Origin: Dehalococcoidales bacterium
GTDB lineage: Bacteria > Chloroflexota > Dehalococcoidia > Dehalococcoidales > JAUWZL01
Direction: 5' to 3'
DNA: 64,000 bases
Assembly (NCBI GenBank): GCA_034413595.1
Contig: DAOUMC010000018.1
Coordinates: 57,079 to 121,078, forward strand
A model generated the notes under the pieces. The model saw nothing but the letters and a program-made list of their open reading frames with translations. It had not been told where the DNA came from and made no database searches. The translations under genes were made by a program, and so were the position numbers. Each line of letters begins with the position of its first letter. The first letter of the stretch is position 1. Below, in pieces: positions 1 to 9,268 of this stretch.

Positions 1-1
1 G

Positions 2-406
2 GTGGTGGTTGGCAGAAGCAATATCGTGGGTAAACCGGTAGCTAACATGCTCTTGCAGAAGAAGGTCGGTGCCAATGCCACGGTCACCGTGTGCCACACC
101 AGGACCCGGGACCTGGCCTCCCACACCCGGCGGGCCGATATACTCATCGTGGCCGCCGGCGGCAAACCAAAAGCCATCACCGCCGATATGGTCAAGGAAG
201 GGGCCGTGGTTATAGACGTCGGCACTCACCGCATAGGTGAGACGGCCACGGGCAAATCTATCCTGTGCGGAGATGTTGATTTTGATTCCGTCAAGGAGAA
301 AGCCAGTGCCATTACCCCGGTGCCCGGCGGGGTCGGCCCCATGACCATAGCTATGCTTATGTCAAACACGGTAAAGGCAGCCAAAATGGCCACCGGACTG
401 GACTAA
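2..406 (+). CDS. folD: Methylenetetrahydrofolate dehydrogenase/cyclohydrolase FolD, C-terminal part (5' end outside window)
   Basis: ORF is open at the window edge. The translation ([17 protein letters not shown] ... [16 protein letters not shown]) matches the conserved C-terminal NAD(P)-binding half of FolD. Confidence 0.9.
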   Translation: MVVGRSNIVGKPVANMLLQKKVGANATVTVCHTRTRDLASHTRRADILIVAAGGKPKAITADMVKEGAVVIDVGTHRIGETATGKSILCGDVDFDSVKEKASAITPVPGGVGPMTIAMLMSNTVKAAKMATGLD

Positions 407-423
407 TACCCGAGGAGGAAGTT

Positions 424-642
424 GTGGAATACGAAATAAGGGAAGAGAAAGCACCCGGGCGGGAAAAAGTGAAAGTGCTGGGAGCAACTTTTGAGAAAGG
501 CAAACCTGGGGGTGAGTCCACCGGCAGGTGGCGGCAAAAGCTAAGAAATCGGAAGGAGCAACTCAGATATTTAGAGACTGGGGAAAGATACTGGTATAGC
601 AAGGAATGGTACGGCAGCGAAAAGAGGAAGCAGCCGGCTTAA
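424..642 (+). CDS. Hypothetical small, highly charged K/E/R/W/Y-rich protein (72 aa); coding status uncertain
   Basis: GTG start lies 5 nt after a strong SD (GAGGAGG). Most codons start with a purine. I recognise no family, and the ORF fills the folD-acsD gap. Confidence 0.3.
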   Translation: MEYEIREEKAPGREKVKVLGATFEKGKPGGESTGRWRQKLRNRKEQLRYLETGERYWYSKEWYGSEKRKQPA

Positions 643-658
643 CCCCACGGAGGTAAAG

Positions 659-1609
659 ATGACGTTTGAAATTCCCAAGATACCTTATAGCGGCAAAATC
701 AGAGAAGTGACTCTGGGTAAAGGGGATAAAGCGGTGACCGTAGGCGGCGAGTCCTGCTATCCCTTCCACCTTTTTGAGGGTGGTATGCCCAGACTACCCA
801 GAATAGCCATGGAAGTCTATGACACACCACCGGGTGACTGGCCCGAGGCCGCCCTTGAACCCTTCTCGGAGGTAACCGATGACCCGGTCGCCTGGGCCAG
901 GAAATGTATAGATGACTTCGGGGCAGAGATGATCTGCCTGCAGTTGTCCAGCACCGACCCCAACGGGCTTGACCGGGGGGCCGATGAAGCCGCCGAAGTG
1001 GTCAAAAAAGTAGCTGATGCTATTACCGCCCCCCTGATTGTCTGGGGGACGGCCAACCACGACAAAGACACCGAGGTGCTCAAGAAAGTGTGTGAGGTCT
1101 GTCAGGGGAAGAGCCTGATAGTAGGCCCGGTTGAGGAAGGGGACTACAAGAAGATAGCCGCCTCAGCCCTAGGCTATAACCACATGGTAATCGCCTCCAG
1201 CCCGATAGACATCAACCTGGCCAAGCAACTCAACATTCTTCTGGGCAATCTCGGCATCCCCGACAGCCAGCTCATCATGGACCCCACGGTCAGCAGCATA
1301 GGTTATGGCATTGAGTACTGCTACTCGGTGATGGAGAGGATAAGAATGGCCGCCCTGACCCAGCAGGATGAAAAGCTCCAGTTTCCCATCATCTGCAACA
1401 TAGCCCGGGAGGCATGGAAATCCAAGGAGGTCAAAATTCCCGCCGAGGAGGAACCCAGGCTTGGTGATAGCAAGAAAAGGGGCATACTGATGGAGGCTAT
1501 GTCGGCCATGGTCTTGCTTCTGGCCGGAGGCGACGTCATGATTATGAGGCATCCCGAGGCAATAAAGCTAGTCCGGGAAATGATAGCCGAATTGACAGCC
1601 TCAAGATAG
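659..1609 (+). CDS. acsD: Corrinoid iron-sulfur protein small subunit (AcsD/CdhD-like)
   Basis: 316 aa. The N-terminus (KIPYSGKIREVTLG...VTVGGE) and TIM-barrel-like body are typical of the CFeSP delta subunit. It sits in the ACS cluster with SD GGAGG upstream. Confidence 0.85.
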   Translation: MTFEIPKIPYSGKIREVTLGKGDKAVTVGGESCYPFHLFEGGMPRLPRIAMEVYDTPPGDWPEAALEPFSEVTDDPVAWARKCIDDFGAEMICLQLSSTDPNGLDRGADEAAEVVKKVADAITAPLIVWGTANHDKDTEVLKKVCEVCQGKSLIVGPVEEGDYKKIAASALGYNHMVIASSPIDINLAKQLNILLGNLGIPDSQLIMDPTVSSIGYGIEYCYSVMERIRMAALTQQDEKLQFPIICNIAREAWKSKEVKIPAEEEPRLGDSKKRGILMEAMSAMVLLLAGGDVMIMRHPEAIKLVREMIAELTASR

Positions 1610-1614
1610 GTCTT

Positions 1615-1643
1615 TTGACATTACACCAGTAATAAGCTAAAAT
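1615..1643 (+). promoter_or_regulatory. Sigma70-like promoter for the Fur-family gene (TTGACA-17-TAAAAT)
   Basis: TTGACA at 1615-1620, a 17-nt spacer, and TAAAAT at 1638-1643, located 24 nt upstream of the ATG at 1667. Confidence 0.55.
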
Positions 1644-1645
1644 AG

Positions 1646-1657
1646 TAATAATTATTA
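1646..1657. promoter_or_regulatory. Perfect 12-bp AT palindrome TAATAATTATTA (Fur-box-like operator candidate)
   Basis: Perfect palindrome between the -10 box and the start codon, overlapping the predicted transcription start. It resembles the NATWAT hexamer arrays of Fur-family boxes. Confidence 0.45.
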
Positions 1658-1666
1658 TTAAGATAG

Positions 1667-2044
1667 ATGAGCAGGAAAACCAGACAGAAGGAAACCATCC
1701 TCAGGATTTTGCGGGCCAACAACTGCCACCCCACCGCCGGCTGGATATATGAGCAGGTGAAGCAGGAGCTGCCCCATATCAGCCTGGGGACGGTCTACCG
1801 GGACCTTAAGGCGTTGAAACAGGCGGGCGAGATAGCGGAACTGGGCCTGGCCGGCAGGTTAGGCCGGTTTGATGGCAACAACAGAAATCACTACCATTTC
1901 CAGTGTCAAAAGTGTGGCCGTATCTTTGACATCGCTCAGCCGGTATCTACAGAACTGGATAACCAAATAGCCGGTAAAACCGGCTTTGACGTCCTCTATC
2001 ACCACCTGGAGTTTTACGGACTCTGCCTGGACTGTAAATCTTGA
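1667..2044 (+). CDS. Fur-family metalloregulator (Fur/Zur/Nur/PerR type, specificity unknown)
   Basis: 125 aa. It has a winged-helix region (LGTVYRDLKAL), HYHFQCQKCG and a C-terminal GLCLDC, i.e. two CxxC pairs typical of the Fur family. Confidence 0.85.
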   Translation: MSRKTRQKETILRILRANNCHPTAGWIYEQVKQELPHISLGTVYRDLKALKQAGEIAELGLAGRLGRFDGNNRNHYHFQCQKCGRIFDIAQPVSTELDNQIAGKTGFDVLYHHLEFYGLCLDCKS

Positions 2045-2114
2045 AGACTTTAGCCCGCTCAGCTCCCAGATAATGGGCTGAGCTTAACAATCTTATTGGT
2101 ATTGGAGTAATAGA

Positions 2115-4082
2115 ATGACCCAAGAAGGAAAGAAGAGCATTGACCCGGCCACGGTTGAAATGGTTGCCAAGGCGGCTAAAGACAAACGCAGCACCGCCTT
2201 TGAGCGAGCAGAAATGTTAAAACCATGCCCCATCGGGCTTGAGGGCAGTTGCTGCAGTATGTGCGCCATGGGACCGTGCCGGGTGCCTTTGGGTAGAGGA
2301 AAAGAGGAGACGCCGGAAGAAAAGAAACGACGAAGGGGCATCTGCGGCGCTACGGCAGAGACCATTGCCGCCCGGAATTTCGTGCGCAAGATAGCCGCCG
2401 GCTCAGCGGCTCACAGCGACCACGGGCGCCGCGTGACCCAGGCCTTTCTGGCCGTTGCCAGGGGGGAAGCACCCGGCTACGCCATCAAGGACGAACAGAA
2501 GCTTTTCCAGCTAGCCCTAGACCTGGGTGTTAATATCGGGGACCGCAGCAATAACGAGATAGCCTCTGATATCGGGGAAATCCTCATGAGCGAGTTTGGT
2601 AAACAGGAGGGAGAACTTCTCTTCTTAAAAAGGGCACCGCTAAAGCGTCAGGAACTCTGGCGCAATCTGGGTGTCGCCCCCCGGGGCATAGACCGGGAGG
2701 TCGTTGAGACCATGCACCGCACCCACATGGGCGTTGACCAGGACTACAGAAACCTGTTGCTCCAGGGGTCCAGGGCTGCCCTGGCCGACGGCTGGGGCGG
2801 CAGCATGATTGCCACCGAACTCCAGGACGTCATGTTCGGTACCCCGGCGCCAATACTCAGCCAGATAAACCTTGGTGTGCTCAAAGAAGATGAGGTCAAC
2901 CTCATCATTCACGGTCATGAGCCGCAGTTAGCCGAGATGCTGGCCGTGGTCTCTCAAGACCCGGAAATGATTGAATACGCCCGATCCAAGGGGGCCAAGG
3001 GGATCAATCTGGCCGGTATGTGCTGCACCGCCAATGAGATTTTGATGCGCCACGGTGTGCCCATCGCCGGCAATTTCCTGCAGCAGGAACTGGCCGTCGT
3101 CACCGGAGCCCTGGAAGCCATGGTTGTCGATGTCCAGTGCATCATGCAGGGGCTGGCTGACATCGCCAGCTGCTATCACACCAAGATTATCACCACCGAC
3201 TCCCGGGCCAAGATTGAGGGTGCCACTCATATGGAGTTTGATGACCTCAATGCGGCTGAATCGGCCAGGAACATAATTAAAGTGGCCATTGACAACTTCC
3301 CCAACCGGCAGAAGAATGTCTACATACCGCCGCAGAAAACCGACCTCATCGCCGGCTTCAGCCACGAGACCATCAACTACCTCCTGGGCGGCCTCTTCCG
3401 GGCCTCCTACCGGCCGCTCAACGACAACATCATCAACGGACGAATCAGGGGCGTGGCCGGGGTTGTCGGCTGTAACAACGCCCGGGTCACCCACGATGAC
3501 GCCCACGTGACCATGGTCAAAGAACTAATCAAGAATGACGTGCTGGTCCTCCAGACCGGCTGCGCCGCCATGGCCTGTGCCAAGGCGGGGCTGATGGTTC
3601 CGGAGGCCGCCGCCAAGTACGCCGGTGCCGGGCTGGCCTCGGTCTGTGAAGCCGTGGGTATCCCCCCGGTGTTACACCTGGGTGCCTGCGTGGACAACAG
3701 CCGCATCCTGATAGCGGCCACGGCTATGGTCAAGGACGGCGGCCTGGGTGATGACATCAGTGACCTGCCCGTCGCCGGAGCCGCCCCAGAGTGGATGAGC
3801 GAGAAGGCGCTGGCTATCGGCCAGTACTTCGTCAGCTCCGGTGTCTTCACCGTCTTCGGAGCCACCTGGCCCACCCTGGGCAGCGAAAAGGTGACCAACC
3901 TGTTATTTAAGGACTTTGAGAAGACGTATGGCGGTATGTGGGCTTTTGAACCCGACCCTCTGAAGGCGGCCCAACTCATGATTAGCCACATCGACAAAAA
4001 GCGCAAGGCCCTGGGTATTGATAAAGCCAGAGAAAGAGTGCTCTATGACATGGCGATGAGACGGGAGCTGGAAGCGGTCTAG
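2115..4082 (+). CDS. cooS: Ni-dependent carbon monoxide dehydrogenase catalytic subunit (CooS/AcsA)
   Basis: 655 aa. The N-terminal Cys cluster (CPIGLEGSCCSMCAMGPCRV) and the overall sequence are typical of anaerobic CODH. Confidence 0.95.
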   Translation: MTQEGKKSIDPATVEMVAKAAKDKRSTAFERAEMLKPCPIGLEGSCCSMCAMGPCRVPLGRGKEETPEEKKRRRGICGATAETIAARNFVRKIAAGSAAHSDHGRRVTQAFLAVARGEAPGYAIKDEQKLFQLALDLGVNIGDRSNNEIASDIGEILMSEFGKQEGELLFLKRAPLKRQELWRNLGVAPRGIDREVVETMHRTHMGVDQDYRNLLLQGSRAALADGWGGSMIATELQDVMFGTPAPILSQINLGVLKEDEVNLIIHGHEPQLAEMLAVVSQDPEMIEYARSKGAKGINLAGMCCTANEILMRHGVPIAGNFLQQELAVVTGALEAMVVDVQCIMQGLADIASCYHTKIITTDSRAKIEGATHMEFDDLNAAESARNIIKVAIDNFPNRQKNVYIPPQKTDLIAGFSHETINYLLGGLFRASYRPLNDNIINGRIRGVAGVVGCNNARVTHDDAHVTMVKELIKNDVLVLQTGCAAMACAKAGLMVPEAAAKYAGAGLASVCEAVGIPPVLHLGACVDNSRILIAATAMVKDGGLGDDISDLPVAGAAPEWMSEKALAIGQYFVSSGVFTVFGATWPTLGSEKVTNLLFKDFEKTYGGMWAFEPDPLKAAQLMISHIDKKRKALGIDKARERVLYDMAMRRELEAV

Positions 4083-4111
4083 AAACTAAGTAAGATAGAA
4101 GGACTTTAGGA

Positions 4112-6316
4112 ATGTCAAAAATAATTGCCTCAGCAGCTATCAGGGGAGCCCACAGGATTGTGGGGCAGGCCGAAAAAAAGTGGCAGGAGGCCATGGACAG
4201 ATGGGGAGCTAAAGAGCCTGTTGGCTTCCCCAACAGCGCCTATTACCTGCCCATAATCTACGGGATTCTGGGCGTCAAAGTGGAAAAGCTGGGAGACATG
4301 GAGCAGGTGCTCGGACGGTGTAAATCACTGCTGCCACCACCGGTCAAGGAGACACATCCACTGCCCTATCTGGCACCGGCCCTTGACGCCGGCATGGCCA
4401 CCTTTTTCGCCGAGGAAATCATTGAGGCCATACGCTACCTTGAGAAACCCGACTTCTACACCAAAACAGAAGACCCGATGGATGGCAACATCTGGCTGGG
4501 GGCCGCCGATGACGTCATACTGAGGAAGAGGGGCATTGAGTTTGTGGATGGCACCGCCCCGGGCTTTGCCGCCATCCTTGGTGCCGCTCCCACCAATGAG
4601 ATAGCGGCCAGAATCGCCCAGGAACTGCAGCAGAAGAACCTCTATATCTTTATGTGCGCCGAGAATGATGGCAAAAGGTTCTCGGAGCAGCTGGTTGAGG
4701 CCGGAGTACAGATTGGCTGGCCCACCCGCCTGGTTTCCTTCGGCCCTGATGTCTCCGCCGCCGTGTTTGCCATGGGTTTTGCCAACCGGGTGGCCATGTC
4801 CTTCGGTGGTGTTGAACCCGGTGATTATCGAAAAATCCTAATCTACAACAAAGACCGAACCTTCGCCTTTGCCATGCCTCTGGGCTATGTCACAGACGAG
4901 TGGTACGCCAATGCCGCCGGAGCCATCAACTGGGGGTTCCCCACCATCGCTGATACCCCCATACCCGAGGTCTTGCCCAGCGGTATCTGCACCTACGAGC
5001 ACGTCGTCTCCAATGTGCCGCACGACAGAATAGTGTCCCGGGCGATAGAGGTGAGAGGACTCAAGGTCGCCGTCGCCGAGGTGCCGGTGCCAGTGGCCTA
5101 CGGCCCGGCCTTTGAAGGCGAGAGAGTGCGCGGCGAGGAAATATACCTTGAGTGCGGCGGTGGCAGAAGCCAGATGGTGGAGTGGGTCACCTCAAAGCGC
5201 ATGGATGAGGTGGAAGACGGCAAGATTGAGGTCATCGGGCCGGAGATAACCGACGTCCCCGCCGGCTCCAAGCTGCCCCTGGCTATAGCCGTGGAGGTCG
5301 CCGGCAGAGGAATGCAGGAGGACTACGAGCCCATCCTGGAGAGGCAAATCCACCACCTGATAAACTATGCTCAAGGGGTAATGCACATCGGCCAGAGGGA
5401 TATCGCCTGGCTAAGAGTCAGCAAATCGGCGGTGGAAAAGGGTTTCCATCTCCACCACATCGGCACCATCCTCCATGCCAAATTGCACCAGGACTTCGGC
5501 CGCATCTTTGACAAGCTTCAGGTAAAACTATACACCGAAGAAGACAAGGTAAAAGAGACTGTGGATAAAGCCAAAAAGGTATATGCCACCCGGGATACCC
5601 GCATTGAGGGTATGACCGACGAAACCACCAGCATATACTATTCCTGCACCCTGTGCCAGTCCTTTGCTCCGAGCCATGTCTGCGTCATCAGCCCGGAGAG
5701 AACCGGGCTCTGCGGCTCCTACAACTGGATGGACTGCAAGGCGGCCTACGAAATCAACCCCACCGGGCCTAACGTGCCGGTAGAAAAAGGTGAAACCATA
5801 GACGCCAAGCTGGGGCAGTGGAAAGGGGTGAACGAGTTTGTCTTCAAGGCTTCCCGGGGCAAGATAGACCATTACAACTTTTACAGCATCATAAATGACC
5901 CGATGACCACCTGCGGTTGCTGCGAGTGTATCGCCGCCATCCTGCCATTGTGCAACGGGGTAATGACGGTAAACCGGGAATACATGGGCATGACCCCCTG
6001 TGGGATGAAGTTCACCACGCTGGCCGGGACTATCGGTGGTGGCATCAGCACCCCGGGCTTTGTAGGTCACGGCAAGTATAACATCACCCAGAGGAAGTTC
6101 CTCAGTGCCGAAAACGGTATCAAGCGCCTGGTCTGGATGCCTAAAATGCTGAAGGAGGAGATTGCCCCTCGCTTTAACGCCCGGGCCAGAGAAATCGGTA
6201 TTCCCAATCTCCTGGACATGGTCGCCGATGAGACAGTGGGCGTCACCGAAGAAGAAATCCTACCCTTCCTTCAAGAAAAAGGGCACCCGGCGCTGAGTCT
6301 GGAACCATTGATGTAG
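4112..6316 (+). CDS. acsB: Acetyl-CoA synthase alpha subunit (AcsB)
   Basis: 734 aa. It carries the A-cluster Cys-Gly-Cys context (TTCGCCECI) and lies next to cooS and acsC. Confidence 0.95.
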   Translation: MSKIIASAAIRGAHRIVGQAEKKWQEAMDRWGAKEPVGFPNSAYYLPIIYGILGVKVEKLGDMEQVLGRCKSLLPPPVKETHPLPYLAPALDAGMATFFAEEIIEAIRYLEKPDFYTKTEDPMDGNIWLGAADDVILRKRGIEFVDGTAPGFAAILGAAPTNEIAARIAQELQQKNLYIFMCAENDGKRFSEQLVEAGVQIGWPTRLVSFGPDVSAAVFAMGFANRVAMSFGGVEPGDYRKILIYNKDRTFAFAMPLGYVTDEWYANAAGAINWGFPTIADTPIPEVLPSGICTYEHVVSNVPHDRIVSRAIEVRGLKVAVAEVPVPVAYGPAFEGERVRGEEIYLECGGGRSQMVEWVTSKRMDEVEDGKIEVIGPEITDVPAGSKLPLAIAVEVAGRGMQEDYEPILERQIHHLINYAQGVMHIGQRDIAWLRVSKSAVEKGFHLHHIGTILHAKLHQDFGRIFDKLQVKLYTEEDKVKETVDKAKKVYATRDTRIEGMTDETTSIYYSCTLCQSFAPSHVCVISPERTGLCGSYNWMDCKAAYEINPTGPNVPVEKGETIDAKLGQWKGVNEFVFKASRGKIDHYNFYSIINDPMTTCGCCECIAAILPLCNGVMTVNREYMGMTPCGMKFTTLAGTIGGGISTPGFVGHGKYNITQRKFLSAENGIKRLVWMPKMLKEEIAPRFNARAREIGIPNLLDMVADETVGVTEEEILPFLQEKGHPALSLEPLM

Positions 6317-6329
6317 AAAGGAGTATATA

Positions 6330-7676
6330 GTGCCGCTTACCGGAATAGAGATATTCAAGCTACTGCCCAAGACCAACTGTGGCCAGTGCGGAGTGCCTAC
6401 CTGCCTGGCTTTCGCCATGAGTCTGGCGGCGGGCAAGGCCGAGCTTGCTGCCTGCCCCTACGTCTCTGAGGAGTCCAAGGCCAAGCTGGAGGAAGCATCA
6501 GCCCCGCCTATCAGACCAGTTACTATCGGAGTCGGTGACCGGGCACTGAAAGTGGGTGGTGAGACGGTCATGTTCCGCCACGAAAAGAGGTTTGAAAATC
6601 CTCCCGGCTTTGCCATCCTTGTCAGCGATAGTATGGCTGAAACCGAGGTTGACAGTCGCCTTGACAGGTTTAATAAGCTCCAGTATGAGCGGGTGGGGCT
6701 CACCCTTCGCCCGGAACTGGTAGCCTTAAGGTGCGACTCGCAGGATGCCTCAAAGTTTGGGGCTCTGGTGACCAAAGTAAAACAGAGCAGCGACGCCAGC
6801 ATCATCCTGATGAACCAAAACCCCGAAGTCCTGGCCGCCGGGCTGGCCGTCTGCGCCGATAGAAGACCGCTACTTTACGCCGCCACCAGGGACAATCTGG
6901 AACAGGTAGCGGCACTGGCCAGGGCCAACTCCTGCCCGGTTGTTGCCCAAGCCGATAATCTAGATGAGCTCACCGAACTCACTTCCAGGCTAACCCAGTC
7001 CGGTATCAAGGACATTGTCATTGACTCCGGGGCCAGGACTCTGCGCCGGGCGTTCGAAGACCAAGTTGTAACAAGGAGGGCCGCCCTGCTCAAGAAGTTC
7101 CGCCCCCTGGGCTATCCCACCATAATTTTGGCCAACGAGATGACCGATGACCCGATGAAAGAGGCACTAATGGCGGCTATCTTTGTGGCTAAATACGGCG
7201 GAATCATCGTCCTGTCTGATTTTCAAGGAGAGAGCCTGTTCCCACTGTTGGTGCTCAGGATGAACATCTTCACCGACCCGCAGCGGCCGCTGGCCACTAC
7301 CGAGGGCATCTATGAGATTGGCAGCCCCGATGAAAACTCTCCGGTAATGGTCACTTCCAACTTTTCCCTGACCTACTTCATCGTCTCTGGCGAGGTGGAG
7401 AACAGTCGGGTTTCCAGCTACCTGCTGGTCAAGGACACCGAGGGGCTTTCGGTCATGACCGCCTGGGCCGCCGGCAAGTTCGGCGCCGACACCATCGCCC
7501 CCTTCGTCAAAAAGAGCGGCATTAGCGACAGGATTAAACACCTTAAACTGATAATCCCGGGCTATATCGCCATCGAAAGCGGCGGCCTGGAAGAAGAGCT
7601 GCCCGGCTGGGAGATTCTGGTCGGCCCCAGAGAGGGGGCTCATATCCCGGCCTATCTTAAGACACTGAAATCCTAA
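6330..7676 (+). CDS. acsC: Corrinoid iron-sulfur protein large subunit (AcsC/CdhE-like)
   Basis: 448 aa with a GTG start. The N-terminal 4Fe-4S motif is CGQCGVPTCLAFAMSLAAGKAELAACP. Confidence 0.92.
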   Translation: MPLTGIEIFKLLPKTNCGQCGVPTCLAFAMSLAAGKAELAACPYVSEESKAKLEEASAPPIRPVTIGVGDRALKVGGETVMFRHEKRFENPPGFAILVSDSMAETEVDSRLDRFNKLQYERVGLTLRPELVALRCDSQDASKFGALVTKVKQSSDASIILMNQNPEVLAAGLAVCADRRPLLYAATRDNLEQVAALARANSCPVVAQADNLDELTELTSRLTQSGIKDIVIDSGARTLRRAFEDQVVTRRAALLKKFRPLGYPTIILANEMTDDPMKEALMAAIFVAKYGGIIVLSDFQGESLFPLLVLRMNIFTDPQRPLATTEGIYEIGSPDENSPVMVTSNFSLTYFIVSGEVENSRVSSYLLVKDTEGLSVMTAWAAGKFGADTIAPFVKKSGISDRIKHLKLIIPGYIAIESGGLEEELPGWEILVGPREGAHIPAYLKTLKS

Positions 7677-7687
7677 GGAGAGGGCTT

Positions 7688-8566
7688 ATGATACTTATCG
7701 GGGAAAACATAAACGTAATGTCAAAGACCATTGGTCCGGCGCTCCGGGAGAGAAGCCCGGAGCCAATAAGGGCACTGGCTAAGGCAGAAGCCAGTGCCGG
7801 CGTTGACTATCTTGACCTTAACATCGGTCCGGCCAGAAAAGCCGGCGGCGAGCTGATGTCCTGGCTGGTCAACACCGTGCAGGAGGTCACCGGTAAGCAC
7901 TTGTCCCTGGATACGACAAACTCGGAGGCTACTGAAGCCGGACTGAAAGCCTGCAAGAGAAGGGCATTAATTAATTCCATCTCGCTTCAGCCCGAGAGGC
8001 TGGAGAGGGTGTTGCCTATGGTCAAAGAGTATAAGGCCGATTTTATCGCTCTCCTCTGGGGAGTGGAGGGCATGCCCCGGGACGCCAATGAAAGATGTAT
8101 GCACGCCGTTGACCTGGTCTATAAGGCCAACCAGCTGGGCATATCCAACGAAGACATCTGGATTGACCCTATCGTCACCCCAGTCAGCGTTGAAATCAAT
8201 CAGGTGAAAGCCTGCCTTGAGTTTATGAGCATGCTGACTGAAGTCGCACCGGGATGCAAGTCTATCGTGGGACTCTCCAACGTCTCAAATGGAACACCGG
8301 CACAGCTAAGACCCTACCTCAACCGGACATATCTGGCCATGCTGATGAAGTACAGGCTCCATTCCGCCATAGTCGATGCCTTTGACACCGAGCTGATTAG
8401 AATGGCCCGGGGCGAAATGCCGGAGATAGTCAACCTGGTGCACCGGCTGATGGACGGTGAAAAGCCCGACCCTGCCTCTTTAGGTCAGAAGGAAACGGAA
8501 TACCTTAAAACATTCCGTGTCCTTAATGGCGATGCACTCTACTCACACTCCTGGCTTGAAATATAG
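7688..8566 (+). CDS. acsE: Methyltetrahydrofolate:corrinoid/iron-sulfur protein methyltransferase (AcsE, pterin-binding)
   Basis: 292 aa. The sequence (LIGENIN ... DYLDLNIGPA ... LSNVSNG) matches the pterin-binding MeTr fold. Confidence 0.88.
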   Translation: MILIGENINVMSKTIGPALRERSPEPIRALAKAEASAGVDYLDLNIGPARKAGGELMSWLVNTVQEVTGKHLSLDTTNSEATEAGLKACKRRALINSISLQPERLERVLPMVKEYKADFIALLWGVEGMPRDANERCMHAVDLVYKANQLGISNEDIWIDPIVTPVSVEINQVKACLEFMSMLTEVAPGCKSIVGLSNVSNGTPAQLRPYLNRTYLAMLMKYRLHSAIVDAFDTELIRMARGEMPEIVNLVHRLMDGEKPDPASLGQKETEYLKTFRVLNGDALYSHSWLEI

Positions 8567-8577
8567 CCCGCCCGCCT

Positions 8578-9234
8578 ATGGAAAGAAGAATAACCCGCCC
8601 CGAACAGAAAAGCTACCAGTACGGGTATGAGCTGGCTCTTAAAATGGCCAGCCAGAAGCTGACTGATATTGCTGATTTACCGGAGCAGTGCCGAAGGGCT
8701 GGAGCTCGGCTGGAGCTGGTCGGTGGTAAAAAGCTCATCAGCCTAAAATATCTAAATCAAACCTATAAAATTACTCTGCCTGAAATAGATGTTTTGTTTG
8801 TTGATAGCCAGCAGCCGGTGCCGCCAAGAGATAAGCTACTGATACTCCATTATCTCACCCAGGCCCAGGGTAGCCCCATCAGCACTAAAAAGATAACCTA
8901 CAAGGAACTGCCGGAGGGAACCAGCTATTTCCCCACATTCTACAAGAGGGCTATAAAACCTCTTGTGGATAACTTTGGCAAAGAGCCTCATCGACTGCTT
9001 GATGCTGGTGCCAGACTGGGCGGTCACAGGGCGGACTATGGTGATGTGGCCGTAACCATTAACGCCTTCACTAAGGTGCCGCTGACCCTGGTTCTGTGGC
9101 AGGGTGATGATGAACTTACCCCCGAGGGCAGCGTCCTCTTTGATAGCAGCATCTCTGACTACCTTACCACCGAAGATATAACCGTGCTCTGCGAGACCGT
9201 GGCCTGGAGACTGGTCAGGATATTCAGGGGATAA
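8578..9234 (+). CDS. DUF3786-like protein, last gene of the ACS cluster
   Basis: 218 aa. The motif run LILHYLTQAQGSP...YKELPEGTSYFPTFYKRAI resembles DUF3786 as I remember it. Function unknown. Confidence 0.6.
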   Translation: MERRITRPEQKSYQYGYELALKMASQKLTDIADLPEQCRRAGARLELVGGKKLISLKYLNQTYKITLPEIDVLFVDSQQPVPPRDKLLILHYLTQAQGSPISTKKITYKELPEGTSYFPTFYKRAIKPLVDNFGKEPHRLLDAGARLGGHRADYGDVAVTINAFTKVPLTLVLWQGDDELTPEGSVLFDSSISDYLTTEDITVLCETVAWRLVRIFRG

Positions 9235-9268
9235 TTCCACGAGTACCAATTGTGGTCATTACAGGAGC

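Noticed and set aside
407-658. Possible riboswitch (cobalamin, THF or ZTP) in the folD-acsD spacer.
   Set aside because: I could not find the conserved cores: no B12 box or GGTGAAA-TCC block like the genuine riboswitch at 18300-18490, and no ZTP GGGTCGTGACTGGCG/CCGCCTGGGC pattern. It is kept only as a low-confidence small-ORF/leader observation.
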